Source of the DNA: SAR86 cluster bacterium
GTDB lineage: Bacteria; Pseudomonadota; Gammaproteobacteria; Magnimaribacterales; TMED112
Length of the DNA stretch: 64,000 nucleotides
NCBI GenBank assembly: GCA_023703535.1
Contig: CP097967.1
Coordinates: 691,208 to 755,207 of the forward strand
Direction: 5' to 3'
Shown: in pieces, positions 44,630 through 54,414 of the stretch
How positions within the stretch are numbered: position 1 is the first letter of the stretch
Layout of the letters: each line of letters opens with the position of its first letter
Program-made: the position numbers and the translations under genes
The notes under the pieces: model-generated
The model's input: only the letters and a program-made list of their open reading frames with translations
The model's database searches: none
Told to the model about the DNA's origin: nothing

Positions 44630-45234
44630 CCTATCTCCTCATCTGCATATTTATGATTAACTTCACTGTGATGCTCTTCATCTGCCTTTACACATTTAAC
44701 AAGATCTATTAGTCGAGCATTGCTTTTCAAATCGTAGTATTCAATTGCTATTTGTGGGGCTTTTACATTTTCAATTTCACCATCTTCAATCATCTTTAAG
44801 TATTCTGTATAACTTTTGACAGCTTCATCTTCAAAAAAACCTATCATTCTATGAGCTGTTTTAGTGAAGAAAACATACATAAAGAAGTAAAATGCGCCAA
44901 ACAAAAACTGTGAAAATAATACTAGACTTCTCTCGAATATATTCGGTTTAGCAATTTCAATAAAGAACATTAAATGCATTCTTTCATTTTCTGCCTCTGC
45001 TAACATTTCTCTTATGTGTTTGCCATAGCCTGCTTTCATTGATCTTAAGCTTTTAAAGTGCATCCACATCCCTGCGACCATACCAGGAACACCTGCAATA
45101 GTTTCGAGCACTACTGCTCTGTGGCCATATCTTTTTGCAAAAAAAGTATCTGCTATGAACCTAAAGAAAATGGTCATTGAATAGGCAAACCTATCAGAAA
45201 GTGTATGTAGGGAATTATTTTCAAATATATTCAT
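44626..45234 (-). CDS. aox: alternative oxidase (di-iron ubiquinol oxidase, AOX)
   Basis: 202 aa with the AOX iron-ligand helices: LETIAGVPGMV, ENERMHLM, EDEAVKSYTEYL, ADEEHHSEVNH. Confidence 0.9.
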   Translation of the reverse strand: MNIFENNSLHTLSDRFAYSMTIFFRFIADTFFAKRYGHRAVVLETIAGVPGMVAGMWMHFKSLRSMKAGYGKHIREMLAEAENERMHLMFFIEIAKPNIFERSLVLFSQFLFGAFYFFMYVFFTKTAHRMIGFFEDEAVKSYTEYLKMIEDGEIENVKAPQIAIEYYDLKSNARLIDLVKCVKADEEHHSEVNHKYADEEIG

Positions 45235-45319
45235 AATATAAGATTTATTTATAAGCTATTATATGAATTATTTATACTTAAACAAGGTTTTGGTAAGGAG
45301 TTTGCTAAAGATGTTCTTA

Positions 45320-45347
45320 GAAAAATGCAGGAGGATTTAATTCCTCC
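45320..45347 (-). terminator. rho-independent terminator after the 101-aa gene
   Basis: On the minus strand GGAGGA-ATTAAA-TCCTCC is followed by TGCATTTTTCT. It starts 6 nt after the stop codon at 45354. Confidence 0.55.
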
Positions 45348-45353
45348 AACATT

Positions 45354-45659
45354 TTATGGATTCTTATTAATCTCTGGAAAATTAACCAAAGGATTTTCGT
45401 TTAGAATTGTTGCTTCTGTAGTCTCAACATGTGCTCCTGCTGCTGCTCTAATATCTGTAAACTCCTGATCCTCTTTGAAAGATTTAAGACCTTCCATGCT
45501 CTGATAATGGATAATGGCAAACATACTTGTATCATCATCCTTCTCAGTTCCGGCAAAGATAATTGTTCCACCGTGTTTTTGAAGACGGTGGCCATTTTCA
45601 AGCGCCATTTCCATCCATTTCGCAAATGAATCACATTTTTGTGTAAGTTTTACGTACAT
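45354..45659 (-). CDS. small cytoplasmic protein of unknown function (possibly ABM-like alpha/beta barrel)
   Basis: 101 aa with its own terminator. An SD-like AGGAGGAAAT precedes the ATG (plus-strand TTTCCTCCT at 45662-45670). Confidence 0.6.
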   Translation of the reverse strand: MYVKLTQKCDSFAKWMEMALENGHRLQKHGGTIIFAGTEKDDDTSMFAIIHYQSMEGLKSFKEDQEFTDIRAAAGAHVETTEATILNENPLVNFPEINKNP

Positions 45660-45721
45660 ATTTCCTCCTAAAGAAAGAGTAACAAATAATTTGTTAAATT
45701 AAATTAAGTTTCTAATAAAAA

Positions 45722-45806
45722 TGGTAGGGATGGAGGGAGTCGAACCCCCACGCCTTACGGCACTGGAACCTAAATCCAGCGTGTCTGCCAGTTCCACCAC
45801 ATCCCC
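45722..45806 (-). tRNA. tRNA-Leu (anticodon UAG), long variable arm, CCA encoded
   Basis: Hand-folded. Acceptor GGGGATG/CATCCCT (G1-U72), D region GTGGAACTGGCAGACAC, anticodon stem CTGGA/TCCAG with loop TTTAGGT, variable arm GTGCCGTAAGGCGT, T loop TTCGACT, 3' ACCA. 85 nt. Confidence 0.88.
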
Positions 45807-45821
45807 AGCTGAAACGTTATT

Positions 45822-46037
45822 TTATATGACAAAAGCTAGGATTAAACCTAAAACAGCAAAAATTAACCACATAATTGCTTCCTTTTGGCTTCCTTTTTTA
45901 AAAGCCATATATGAGAGAATCCAAAAAATAACAGGTGAAACAAGTAAAAATGCTTTACCGATTAATATTACAGCTGGAACTAAACAAACAATTAAGAAAA
46001 CTTTGTAAAAAGTCTCATTTAGAATCTTATCCATCAT
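45822..46037 (-). CDS. small 2-3 TM membrane protein
   Basis: 71 aa, hydrophobic. It starts directly after the sulfatase stop with a zero gap. Confidence 0.5.
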   Translation of the reverse strand: MMDKILNETFYKVFLIVCLVPAVILIGKAFLLVSPVIFWILSYMAFKKGSQKEAIMWLIFAVLGLILAFVI

Positions 46038-47747
46038 TTAATTTCTGAACCTTGCAACAAATCCTAGAAAGCCTGCTTTATTTTCTCCTGTTGCTAAGCT
46101 GCTAGACAACAAAATATCTACAACAGGATTTAATTTTTGTGTTAAAAGTTTTTTAAACGTCAGCGATTCCATCTCAATATCTATATCATCAAGAGTTTCA
46201 ACTACTTTATAGGTCAGCACTGAATTATGTAATCTTAGTTCCCAAATCTCATTTAGGTCATTAAATTTAATTTTCACAGTTTCACTTAGCTCCTCGGTGT
46301 CCTTTGGATCAAGACGTATAGCCATAATATCTAAAAACATTAAAATACTAAGTTCGCGAAGCATCTTATCTGTAATGCTTGATTCAGCAGTCACAAATCC
46401 TTTACTTGTCTCTATATCAGATATTGCCGCATATTCACTAAGATAGTAGCTTTTTGCATTAGGGTTATAAGCCTCTTCTCCCAAGATTCTAAGAGTTTCC
46501 GCTCTAAGATTTCTTACCTCTATATTTTCCTCAGAAAATAAATCAGTTAAAAAAAGCGTCCATTGATAATCTTTTTTCTCAAAAGAACCTTTAATTTCTT
46601 CAAGTAATTTTTCATCAGAAATTAGCCCTCTAAGCCTTGATGAAAATTCTTTTTTTTCCAAAGGATGTAAATTAGAGGGATTACCGTCAAACCATCCAAA
46701 ATAGCCATTAAATAGATTTCTTGAACTCCATTCTACTGAGCCATATAGTTCAAATAAATAAGGGTTTTCTCTTAAGCTTTTTGGCAATTTAATTGATTGC
46801 GCAACATCTATTGGGTTGCCTCCAAGATTAAGTTTACGCATGGTCTGATCATGCACATACTTAATTGCATCTCTATAGTTTTTAAGAATTTCGAGAATAT
46901 TTTCTTTACCTATTATGGGGACGCCGTGACTTGGCACTAAAACTTCTGGCTCAAGAGCAATCATTTTTTCTATGCTTTGATACCAAGATCTAAAACTTCT
47001 AAAAGACGTGCCTCTGATTGTATAAATATTTGGAAATGCTTTGTAGATATTATCTCCAGAAAACAATGTCTTCATTTCTTCAATCCAAACAAAAATTTGA
47101 TCATCCGTTTCTCCAGGTGCATGAAAGAAATCTACTTTTAGACCACCTACTTCTTCAGAGTGTGTTTTATCAAATACTATATCTGGTTTCAGATAGCCTG
47201 ATGTATCAACTCCTGCCTCAAGCTTTATTCCAATTCCATCTGAAAAGTTTTTATCTTTTAAAATTAAACCGAACATCTTTTGTGATCTTTCGCCGATTAA
47301 TGTTCTTTTAATACCCATAAAATTTTCAAACTCTGCCTCAAGATCTCTATGACCAATAACGCCATTGATTTGGAAATTTTCCTTGAAAGCTCCAGCTCCT
47401 AAAGTATGGTCAGCATGGAAGTGGGTATAAGCAATTTTAATTTCTTTGTTAGGATTAAAATTACCCATATCTTTTATCACTCTATTAGCTGTTTCTATTC
47501 CTCCCATCGTGTCGATTATCAGACTTTCACCATCACCAACAACTAGAATGCTGTTCGCCAATCCATAGCCCACAGCAACATGCAGATTAGGTAATGGAGA
47601 ATAAATTTTTTCCTGAAAATCTTCACTGAGAAGTGAAAGATCTTCATTATTTTCACCTCTTGAAACAGATGAAATGTCTCTTTTTTCTTCTTCATTTGAA
47701 CAAGACAACAGCACTAATAAGATTAGTAAAATCCTTAAATTTTGCAT
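46038..47747 (-). CDS. alkyl/aryl-sulfatase, MBL-fold type III (SdsA1/YjcS/BDS1-like), lipoprotein
   Basis: 569 aa with the lipobox LLSCS, the MBL motif YTHFHADH, the dimerisation-domain motif FGWFDGNPSNL and an SCP2-like C-terminus. Confidence 0.82.
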   Translation of the reverse strand: MQNLRILLILLVLLSCSNEEEKRDISSVSRGENNEDLSLLSEDFQEKIYSPLPNLHVAVGYGLANSILVVGDGESLIIDTMGGIETANRVIKDMGNFNPNKEIKIAYTHFHADHTLGAGAFKENFQINGVIGHRDLEAEFENFMGIKRTLIGERSQKMFGLILKDKNFSDGIGIKLEAGVDTSGYLKPDIVFDKTHSEEVGGLKVDFFHAPGETDDQIFVWIEEMKTLFSGDNIYKAFPNIYTIRGTSFRSFRSWYQSIEKMIALEPEVLVPSHGVPIIGKENILEILKNYRDAIKYVHDQTMRKLNLGGNPIDVAQSIKLPKSLRENPYLFELYGSVEWSSRNLFNGYFGWFDGNPSNLHPLEKKEFSSRLRGLISDEKLLEEIKGSFEKKDYQWTLFLTDLFSEENIEVRNLRAETLRILGEEAYNPNAKSYYLSEYAAISDIETSKGFVTAESSITDKMLRELSILMFLDIMAIRLDPKDTEELSETVKIKFNDLNEIWELRLHNSVLTYKVVETLDDIDIEMESLTFKKLLTQKLNPVVDILLSSSLATGENKAGFLGFVARFRN

Positions 47748-47803
47748 ATGGGTATTTTAGTCTATATCTTTCTGTTTATCTCAAATTTAATTAGACTCAA
47801 GTC

Positions 47804-48385
47804 ATGGATATGAATAAAAAAGAGGAACTGCTTGAAAGAGCAAATTTTATTCTGCAAGATGGTGTAAAAAATCGTGATTCACTTTTTCATACTCTTGTAC
47901 TAAGTTCTTTGTGCGATGGAGAAATCGAATCCCGAGTCATGGTTTTAAGAGAATTCAACGAAAAAAAAAGAATCTTAAGATTCCATTCTGACTTCAGATC
48001 AAACAAGATTAAAGAGTTAGAAAAAGATAATAAAACAACGGTTATTGGTTATGATCCCAATCTTAAAGTGCAAATAAGACTTATTGGAGAAACAAAAATA
48101 AATTATCAAAATGAAGATACACAGAAAAGTTGGGAATCCTCTCAAGCAATTTCAAAAAAATGTTATTCCGTGAAAGAAGGCTCAAGTGCAAAAATTGAAA
48201 ATCCAAAAGATGTAGATTTTGATATCAAATCAATAAATGTTGAAGATGGGTATGAGAATTTTTGTACATTAAATTTCAACTACAATATTCTTGAATTCCT
48301 TTACTTACAGAGAAGTGGACATAGGAGATGTAGGTTTTCTTGGAATGCTATGAATGAAGTTAAGAGTGTCTGGCTTGTACCCTAA
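47804..48385 (+). CDS. pyridoxamine 5'-phosphate oxidase-like FMN-binding family protein
   Basis: 193 aa with split-barrel-like sequence (RVMVLREF..RILRFHSDFRSNKIKEL, VQIRLIGE). Confidence 0.65.
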   Translation: MDMNKKEELLERANFILQDGVKNRDSLFHTLVLSSLCDGEIESRVMVLREFNEKKRILRFHSDFRSNKIKELEKDNKTTVIGYDPNLKVQIRLIGETKINYQNEDTQKSWESSQAISKKCYSVKEGSSAKIENPKDVDFDIKSINVEDGYENFCTLNFNYNILEFLYLQRSGHRRCRFSWNAMNEVKSVWLVP

Positions 48386-48903
48386 CTGTTGAGCAGTTCA
48401 AGCATAAAGCTATCTATATATTTGCTCACTTCTTCTTCAGAGAGTCTTAATTCATTTCTTACATTTTTTATCGGCCTTATACCAGTCCAAAGAGTTTTTC
48501 CAGTTTCTACAGAATAAGCTGTGACTCTTAGGAATGATCTATCAAGATCGTTGTAGAAATCATTATAGAAGGGATCGTAATATGGATAGTAAGCTCCTCT
48601 TCTTGCGTAAAACCTTGAGCTTCTAAAAGTATCTTCATCAATAGAAAGAGAGATTTTAAAAGCAATTTCAGCTTCTTTGCTCAAAGACAGTCCTAAAGCT
48701 TGCAACTCATCTGATAGCTCTACTTCTAAAAGCTCAGATGTAAATGGACTTACTCTTACATCATCTGATTGAGCAAAAGCTGATACTTGGAATGTGCTGT
48801 AATCTTGTATGTCAAAATCACTTAACCTTTCAGTGCTTACAGGATTTGAACTACATCCACCTAGTGTGGCTAAAAATATAATTGTTAAAATTTTTCTCAA
48901 CAT
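48382..48903 (-). CDS. DUF4136-like lipoprotein
   Basis: 173 aa with the lipobox LGGCSS. Confidence 0.6.
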   Translation of the reverse strand: MLRKILTIIFLATLGGCSSNPVSTERLSDFDIQDYSTFQVSAFAQSDDVRVSPFTSELLEVELSDELQALGLSLSKEAEIAFKISLSIDEDTFRSSRFYARRGAYYPYYDPFYNDFYNDLDRSFLRVTAYSVETGKTLWTGIRPIKNVRNELRLSEEEVSKYIDSFMLELLNS

Positions 48904-48959
48904 ACTTTATTTATGACTCATAATATATATATATATTAGTTCCCTGAAAGAAATTCAAG

Positions 48960-51842
48960 ATGCGTGGTTTTAAACTTTTAGATAAAAAACAAAATAAATC
49001 TCTAGGATTTGAGGCAGAAAGATATTTGCTTGATGATTACGGCTCTGAACACATTCACCTTAAAAATGATTCAAAAGAACTGGTTTTCATGGTTATGTTT
49101 CGTACAATCCCTGAAAATTCAACAGGTGTAGCTCATATCCTTGAGCACACAACACTATGTGGTTCTGAAAAATTTAAGGTACGAGATCCCTTTTTCATGA
49201 TGCTCAGAAGGTCAATGAGCACTTTTATGAACGCATTTACATCCAGTGACTGGACTGCATATCCTTTTGCTACTCAAAATAAAAAAGATTTTTACAATCT
49301 TCTGGATGTTTACCTTGATGCAGCTTATTTCCCTGTTCTTGAAGAAGAAGATTTCAAACAGGAAGGACATAGACTTGAATTTTCAAAGCTAGATAAAAGT
49401 AGCTCTGATCTTGAATATAAAGGAGTTGTGTTCAATGAAATGAAGGGCTCAATGAGCAATATTTCAAGTGTGACATGGCAGGCTTTAACAAAAAATTTGT
49501 TTCCAGATCTGACTTACAGACACAATAGTGGTGGAGAGCCAAAAGAGATAATTGAATTAACTCATGACTATCTCAAGAATTTCCATAGTAAGTTTTATCA
49601 TCCGTCTAATGCTACTTATTTCACATGGGGAGACATTGATGCAAAAGAAATTCAAAAATTTATAACAGATAAATTAAAAAATAAATTTGAAAATATCTCA
49701 CAAGATAAAATCGAAATAGTGGAGCCTCAAAAGTCGTTTGTAAAAAGTGTGAATGCTGAGGAAGCCTTCAATCCGGTATCAAAAGAGCAAAGCAGCCATC
49801 AAAATTATTGTGCATGGGTTTTGGGTGAAAGTTCCAATATAGACGAACTGCTAGAATCTCATCTTGTTGCACTTCTTTTGCTTGGAAATTCTGCAACACC
49901 CCTTTACAAAGCATTAGAGTCGAATGATATAGGGAAATCACCTGCTCAGATTCTAGGCTTAGAAGATAGCATGAGACATTTAATGTTCATATGCGGTATT
50001 GAAGGGAGTGAAGAAAACTCCCAATCAAAATTTAACGCACTGATTGATAAAACTTTTGCAGATATAGTCAAAAATGGCTTCAAGGATGAGCAAATTGATG
50101 CGGCCCTTTACCAATTAGAGCTAAACAGAAGAGAAATTTCTGCAGGATCATTGCCTTATGGATTACAAATTCTTCTTTCACTTGCACCTGGTTCACTGTA
50201 TAAATCAGATCCGCTTATCCTTTCAAATGTTGATGAAGCTCTAAAAAGACTCAAAGAGAATGCTAAGAAGAAGAATTACTTACAAAACATTGTCAAAAGA
50301 AACTTCGTAGATAATCAACATCGTGTGAATCTTGAAATGGTTCCTGATCTTGAGCTCATAAATAAGAAAGAATCTGAACTAAGAAAAATTCTTGATAACT
50401 TGAAAGCATCAATGAGCAGCAAGGAAAAACTGGACCTTGTAAATGAATCAAAAATCCTTGCAGATAGACAAAACGCAAAACCAAATAAAGATGTATTGCC
50501 AAAACTTGAACTATCAGATGTACCAAAAAATTTAACTTATCCTAAATCAAAGAAACTGGTTACTTTTGGATACTCTCCTACATTCTATGAACAACCAACT
50601 AACGGACTTACATACCAATCAATTACTAGAGATGTGAATATTGAGGGACTTGATCAAGTTGGTGATTTAATGATCTTATCCTCACTTCTAGGAAGAATTG
50701 ACACCAAAAATAAGGACTACTTAAAACTTCAGGAAGCAATTTCAAAAATATCAGGCGGAATAAATGCCTCTTCGCATTTTTATCTTGATAAGAACGAGGA
50801 GATAAAAGGCAAACTTTCTCTTTCTTCTAAATCATTACCAGAGAACTCGCTTGAAGTTACAAAATTGATGTTTGAGATTCTTAATGAAACAAAATTTGAT
50901 AACGATAAGAGAATTAAAGAATTAGTTTTTCAAAATTTTATGGGCCTTCAGCAAACAATTGTTGAAAATGGACATAGATTTGCGATGTTAGCAGCATCCT
51001 CAAGTCACAATAAATTATCTCTCATGCAAGAATTAAGCTCTGGGCTTAGTTCTCTTTATAAATTTGCACCTTTTGTTTCAAATAATGAGGAAATGCTTAA
51101 AGCTGAACTTGAAAAACAAGTTAAGTTTTTCGACGCAAACAAGAACTCTGCAAATGAATTGATGTTTGTATCAAATGTTCTACTAACTAAAGATGAGGTA
51201 AAAGATATTAGATCATTAGATTTCAAAATGGAGGGAGATTCAAAAGTGGAACTTCCATTTAAACAAGAATTTCACAAAATTGCGATGCCTATTAATACAC
51301 AAGTAAATTTCTCAGCGTTATCGATGGATGCACCGATTTATGATCCAAAGGAATCTGCAAAGTATCTTCTTTTATCCAGTCTTTTAAGAAATGAGTATCT
51401 TCATAAAAGAGTAAGAGAACAAGGAGGAGCATATGGTGGTGGAGCAGTATATGATCCTTTCTCTGGAACATTTAAAATGTTTTCATACAGAGATCCTCGC
51501 TTCATAGACACAATTCAAGATTTTGAAGATTCATTAGAATGGGCTTTAAAAGGTGATTTCAGTGAAGAAATTCTTTTAGAGGCAAAGCTTTCAGTCTTAT
51601 CAGATATCGATAAACCTTCCTCTCCAGCAGGTGAAGCTTTTAAGGATTACAGATTAAATCTTGAAGGGAAGTCCCAAAAGGATAGATCTGCATATAGAAA
51701 TAATATTTTAGAAATCAAAACAGATGAAATTGTAGAGGCTGCAAAAAATCTAAAGGACAGAAAAAAATCAATTTTCTCTATCATTAACCCTAATTTTGAA
51801 AAAACTGCTCAAGATAACGGTTTTCAAATTAGAAAAATCTAG
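48960..51842 (+). CDS. M16C insulinase-family metalloprotease (PreP/presequence-protease-like)
   Basis: 960 aa with the inverted zinc motif HILEHTTLCGS and downstream FNEMKG. The four-domain length is typical of PreP. Confidence 0.88.
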   Translation: MRGFKLLDKKQNKSLGFEAERYLLDDYGSEHIHLKNDSKELVFMVMFRTIPENSTGVAHILEHTTLCGSEKFKVRDPFFMMLRRSMSTFMNAFTSSDWTAYPFATQNKKDFYNLLDVYLDAAYFPVLEEEDFKQEGHRLEFSKLDKSSSDLEYKGVVFNEMKGSMSNISSVTWQALTKNLFPDLTYRHNSGGEPKEIIELTHDYLKNFHSKFYHPSNATYFTWGDIDAKEIQKFITDKLKNKFENISQDKIEIVEPQKSFVKSVNAEEAFNPVSKEQSSHQNYCAWVLGESSNIDELLESHLVALLLLGNSATPLYKALESNDIGKSPAQILGLEDSMRHLMFICGIEGSEENSQSKFNALIDKTFADIVKNGFKDEQIDAALYQLELNRREISAGSLPYGLQILLSLAPGSLYKSDPLILSNVDEALKRLKENAKKKNYLQNIVKRNFVDNQHRVNLEMVPDLELINKKESELRKILDNLKASMSSKEKLDLVNESKILADRQNAKPNKDVLPKLELSDVPKNLTYPKSKKLVTFGYSPTFYEQPTNGLTYQSITRDVNIEGLDQVGDLMILSSLLGRIDTKNKDYLKLQEAISKISGGINASSHFYLDKNEEIKGKLSLSSKSLPENSLEVTKLMFEILNETKFDNDKRIKELVFQNFMGLQQTIVENGHRFAMLAASSSHNKLSLMQELSSGLSSLYKFAPFVSNNEEMLKAELEKQVKFFDANKNSANELMFVSNVLLTKDEVKDIRSLDFKMEGDSKVELPFKQEFHKIAMPINTQVNFSALSMDAPIYDPKESAKYLLLSSLLRNEYLHKRVREQGGAYGGGAVYDPFSGTFKMFSYRDPRFIDTIQDFEDSLEWALKGDFSEEILLEAKLSVLSDIDKPSSPAGEAFKDYRLNLEGKSQKDRSAYRNNILEIKTDEIVEAAKNLKDRKKSIFSIINPNFEKTAQDNGFQIRKI

Positions 51843-52441
51843 TCAAATATATTCCAGTTTCTTTTTTTGACAACAATCTCACAGTTTTTAAGTTGTCTCT
51901 CATATTTCGCTGCATTTAGTTTTACTTTTTTTGCTACTGAAAGGAGCCAATCTTTTTCTTTAAATGTCCCTCTTTTATAACCACCATAACCCTCATGGTA
52001 GGCTAAATATAATTTTTCTACCTCATAGTTTTGTATTCCTGATGATCTTGCTTTTGAAAGGTACCAGCCAATAAAATCAACTGAATTCTTAAAACTTGCT
52101 CTCCTTGCCCAATTGTTTCCAGTTTCGTTTTGATACTCTTCCCAAGTAGATTTTACTGCTTGAGAGTAGCCTCGTGCTGAGGAAGGTCTTTTTCCAGGAA
52201 AAACCCAAAGAATTTTTTCCCTGTCAGGTGCAGCCCTAGAATCGAATGAGGACTCCTGCCTTATAATTGCCATTACAGTGCTTGGTTTTGCTCCCCATTT
52301 TTTCTCAGTATCTAAAAGCGGCTTTTTCCATGATGGATTATCATCAAGCATCTTACAAATATCATCCTGATTTAATGGAATTTCATTTGAACAATTAGTT
52401 AGAAGAATTAACAGAATACTTGATAATATTACTCTTATCAT
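51839..52441 (-). CDS. lytic transglycosylase (SLT-domain) lipoprotein
   Basis: 200 aa with the lipobox LLTNCS and the catalytic-Glu region MAIIRQESSFDSRA, then GYSQAV. Confidence 0.68.
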   Translation of the reverse strand: MIRVILSSILLILLTNCSNEIPLNQDDICKMLDDNPSWKKPLLDTEKKWGAKPSTVMAIIRQESSFDSRAAPDREKILWVFPGKRPSSARGYSQAVKSTWEEYQNETGNNWARRASFKNSVDFIGWYLSKARSSGIQNYEVEKLYLAYHEGYGGYKRGTFKEKDWLLSVAKKVKLNAAKYERQLKNCEIVVKKRNWNIFD

Positions 52442-54414
52442 ATTTTTAAAAACTCTTTTAAGTTTTCCTCTTTAACTAATTCTATGCCAAATTCTTCTGC
52501 CTTTCTCAATTTAGAACCAGGATTTTCACCACAAATCAAATAATTTGTTTTTGAACTCACGCTGCTTGATGGAATGCCACCTTTATCTTTAATTATATCT
52601 TTTAGCTCTTCTCTGCTATATTCCTCAAAAGTGCCTGTAATAACAATCTTTTTGTTATCTAAATGGCTATCTTCAGTAACTATAAAATCTTTAATGCTTA
52701 ATTCATTTACTAGATCATCAATGCCAATCGGATCAGTAGAAAGGAAATTTATAATCTTTTGAGCAACGATATCTCCAATATTATCCATTTGTAACAATTC
52801 ATCTAGATTTGTATTTTTAAAATTAGAAAAAGTTTTAAAGTATCTTGCTAAACTAGATGCGGTTGTCTCACCAACCTCTGGTATGCCAAGCGAATATATA
52901 AACATTGCAAGACTTGGCTCTCTTGAGCTCTCAATGCTCTGAAAAAGATTCTCAATCGATTTCTCACCGAAGCCTTCTAATGATTTAAGCTCACTTTCAT
53001 ATTTTTTTAATCTGAATAAATCTGCAGCTGATTTCATGTATCCCAAATTGATTAAAGTTTTATTTATTTTGTATCCAAGACCCTCAATATTCATTGCCTT
53101 TCTCGAAACAAAATGTTCAAAAAAACCAAAAAGTTGTTTTTTACATTTCATTCCAGCACCACATTTCAAGAAAGGACCATCAAGAAAAAGTTCTGATTCA
53201 CATGATGGACATTTGTCTGGAATTTTTACTGGGGTTTCATCACCTGAGCGTAACTCTTTATTAACCTTAACAAGCTGTGGGATAACATCTCCTGCTCTCC
53301 TAACAAGAACACTATCATTATCCATTATTTCAAGACGTTTTAGTTCATCCATATTATGCAAAGAAATATTTGAAATATTTGCTCCTGCAATTAACACTGG
53401 TTCAATTGTTGCAAACGGTGTAATTACTCCTGTTCTGCCGACAGAGAAAAGAACTTTCTTTACTTTGGAAACCTTTTCTGTCGCTGGAAATTTCCACGCT
53501 ACAGCCCATCTTGGAGCCTTAGAAACAAAGCCAAGTTTTTCTTGTTTAGAAAAATCATCTACTTTTACTACTGCTCCATCAATTTCGTAATCTAAATCTT
53601 CACGAGAAGATAAAATTTTATCAACATAATCTTTTACCCCACTTTTATTAGAAAAATTTGTAAATTCATTGGTTGAAAAATTATTTTCTTTAAGAAAATT
53701 TAAAAAATCTCTCTGATTTCGCTTTGTAAAATCACTGCTATGTCCACCCAAACCATAAAAAAATACATCTAGTGGTCTACTTGCAACAACCTCTCTATCA
53801 AGATTTCTAAGAGTTCCAGCCGCTGCATTTCTTGGGCTCAAAAACTTCTTTCCATTTTTGCTCTCAATTTCTTCATTTATATTTTTAAAGTGTTTTAATC
53901 TGAAAAATACCTCTCCCCTTATTTCGATTACTTCTGGATAATCTTTTAGTGTAAGTGGTATATGTTTGATGGTTTTAACATTTTCAGTAATAACTTCACC
54001 TGTTATGCCATCACCTCTCGTTACGGCCTTGGATAATTTTCCTTTCTCGTAGGTAAGTGATACTCCAATACCATCAAATTTTGGCTCAATGGAATAAATT
54101 ATTTCTTGGCTTCCTACCCTTTTTAGAACTCTTTCTTCAAATTTTTCAAACTCCTCTTCATTAAAGACATTATTTAAAGAAAGCATTGGCTTGATGTGAT
54201 CATGTTTTTCAAAATTTCTAGCAGGCTTTGCACCGACTTTATCGGTTGGTGATAGTTTTTCTTTCTTGTTTTGTTTTGCCTCTAAATCTTTAAATCTTTG
54301 ATATAAAGCATCGTACTCTGCATCAGATATTTCTGGATTATCGTCTTGATGATAAAGCTTATTATGACGTTCAAGTTCCGCTTTTAACTTATTTATTTCT
54401 TCTTCAGGTGCCAT
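52438..54414 (-). CDS. ligA: NAD-dependent DNA ligase
   Basis: Adenylation motif EPKFDGIGVS, Zn finger CPSCESELF..CGAGMKC, then HhH and a C-terminal BRCT. The likely start is MAPEEEINKL (54414) rather than the track start at 54468. Confidence 0.95.
   Translation of the reverse strand: MAPEEEINKLKAELERHNKLYHQDDNPEISDAEYDALYQRFKDLEAKQNKKEKLSPTDKVGAKPARNFEKHDHIKPMLSLNNVFNEEEFEKFEERVLKRVGSQEIIYSIEPKFDGIGVSLTYEKGKLSKAVTRGDGITGEVITENVKTIKHIPLTLKDYPEVIEIRGEVFFRLKHFKNINEEIESKNGKKFLSPRNAAAGTLRNLDREVVASRPLDVFFYGLGGHSSDFTKRNQRDFLNFLKENNFSTNEFTNFSNKSGVKDYVDKILSSREDLDYEIDGAVVKVDDFSKQEKLGFVSKAPRWAVAWKFPATEKVSKVKKVLFSVGRTGVITPFATIEPVLIAGANISNISLHNMDELKRLEIMDNDSVLVRRAGDVIPQLVKVNKELRSGDETPVKIPDKCPSCESELFLDGPFLKCGAGMKCKKQLFGFFEHFVSRKAMNIEGLGYKINKTLINLGYMKSAADLFRLKKYESELKSLEGFGEKSIENLFQSIESSREPSLAMFIYSLGIPEVGETTASSLARYFKTFSNFKNTNLDELLQMDNIGDIVAQKIINFLSTDPIGIDDLVNELSIKDFIVTEDSHLDNKKIVITGTFEEYSREELKDIIKDKGGIPSSSVSSKTNYLICGENPGSKLRKAEEFGIELVKEENLKEFLKI

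Noticed and set aside
45721-46008. 95-aa plus-strand ORF starting MVGMEGVEPPRLTALEPKSS.
   Set aside because: Its 5' third is the reverse complement of tRNA-Leu(UAG). The remainder is antisense to a plausible small membrane-protein gene. It is an artefact.
48923-48936. (AT)7 microsatellite in the spacer upstream of the M16 protease gene.
   Set aside because: It is short and lies in a pure A/T promoter region. It is probably just part of the -10/UP region and is not interesting on its own.
4388-53590. Many 60-200-aa ORFs in the track lie antisense to, or nested in, larger genes. Examples: 4388-4729, 5782-6405, 6012-6221, 12004-12390, 16379-16735, 22479-22721, 28512-28847, 32778-33242, 40923-41195, 47018-47311, 53036-53590, 55367-56773 and 63249-63551.
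   Set aside because: Each is fully overlapped by a longer ORF with clear family motifs on the other strand or frame. Their translations are low-complexity or Leu/Ser/Phe-rich shadow sequence with no motifs. AT-rich genomes generate such open shadow frames readily.
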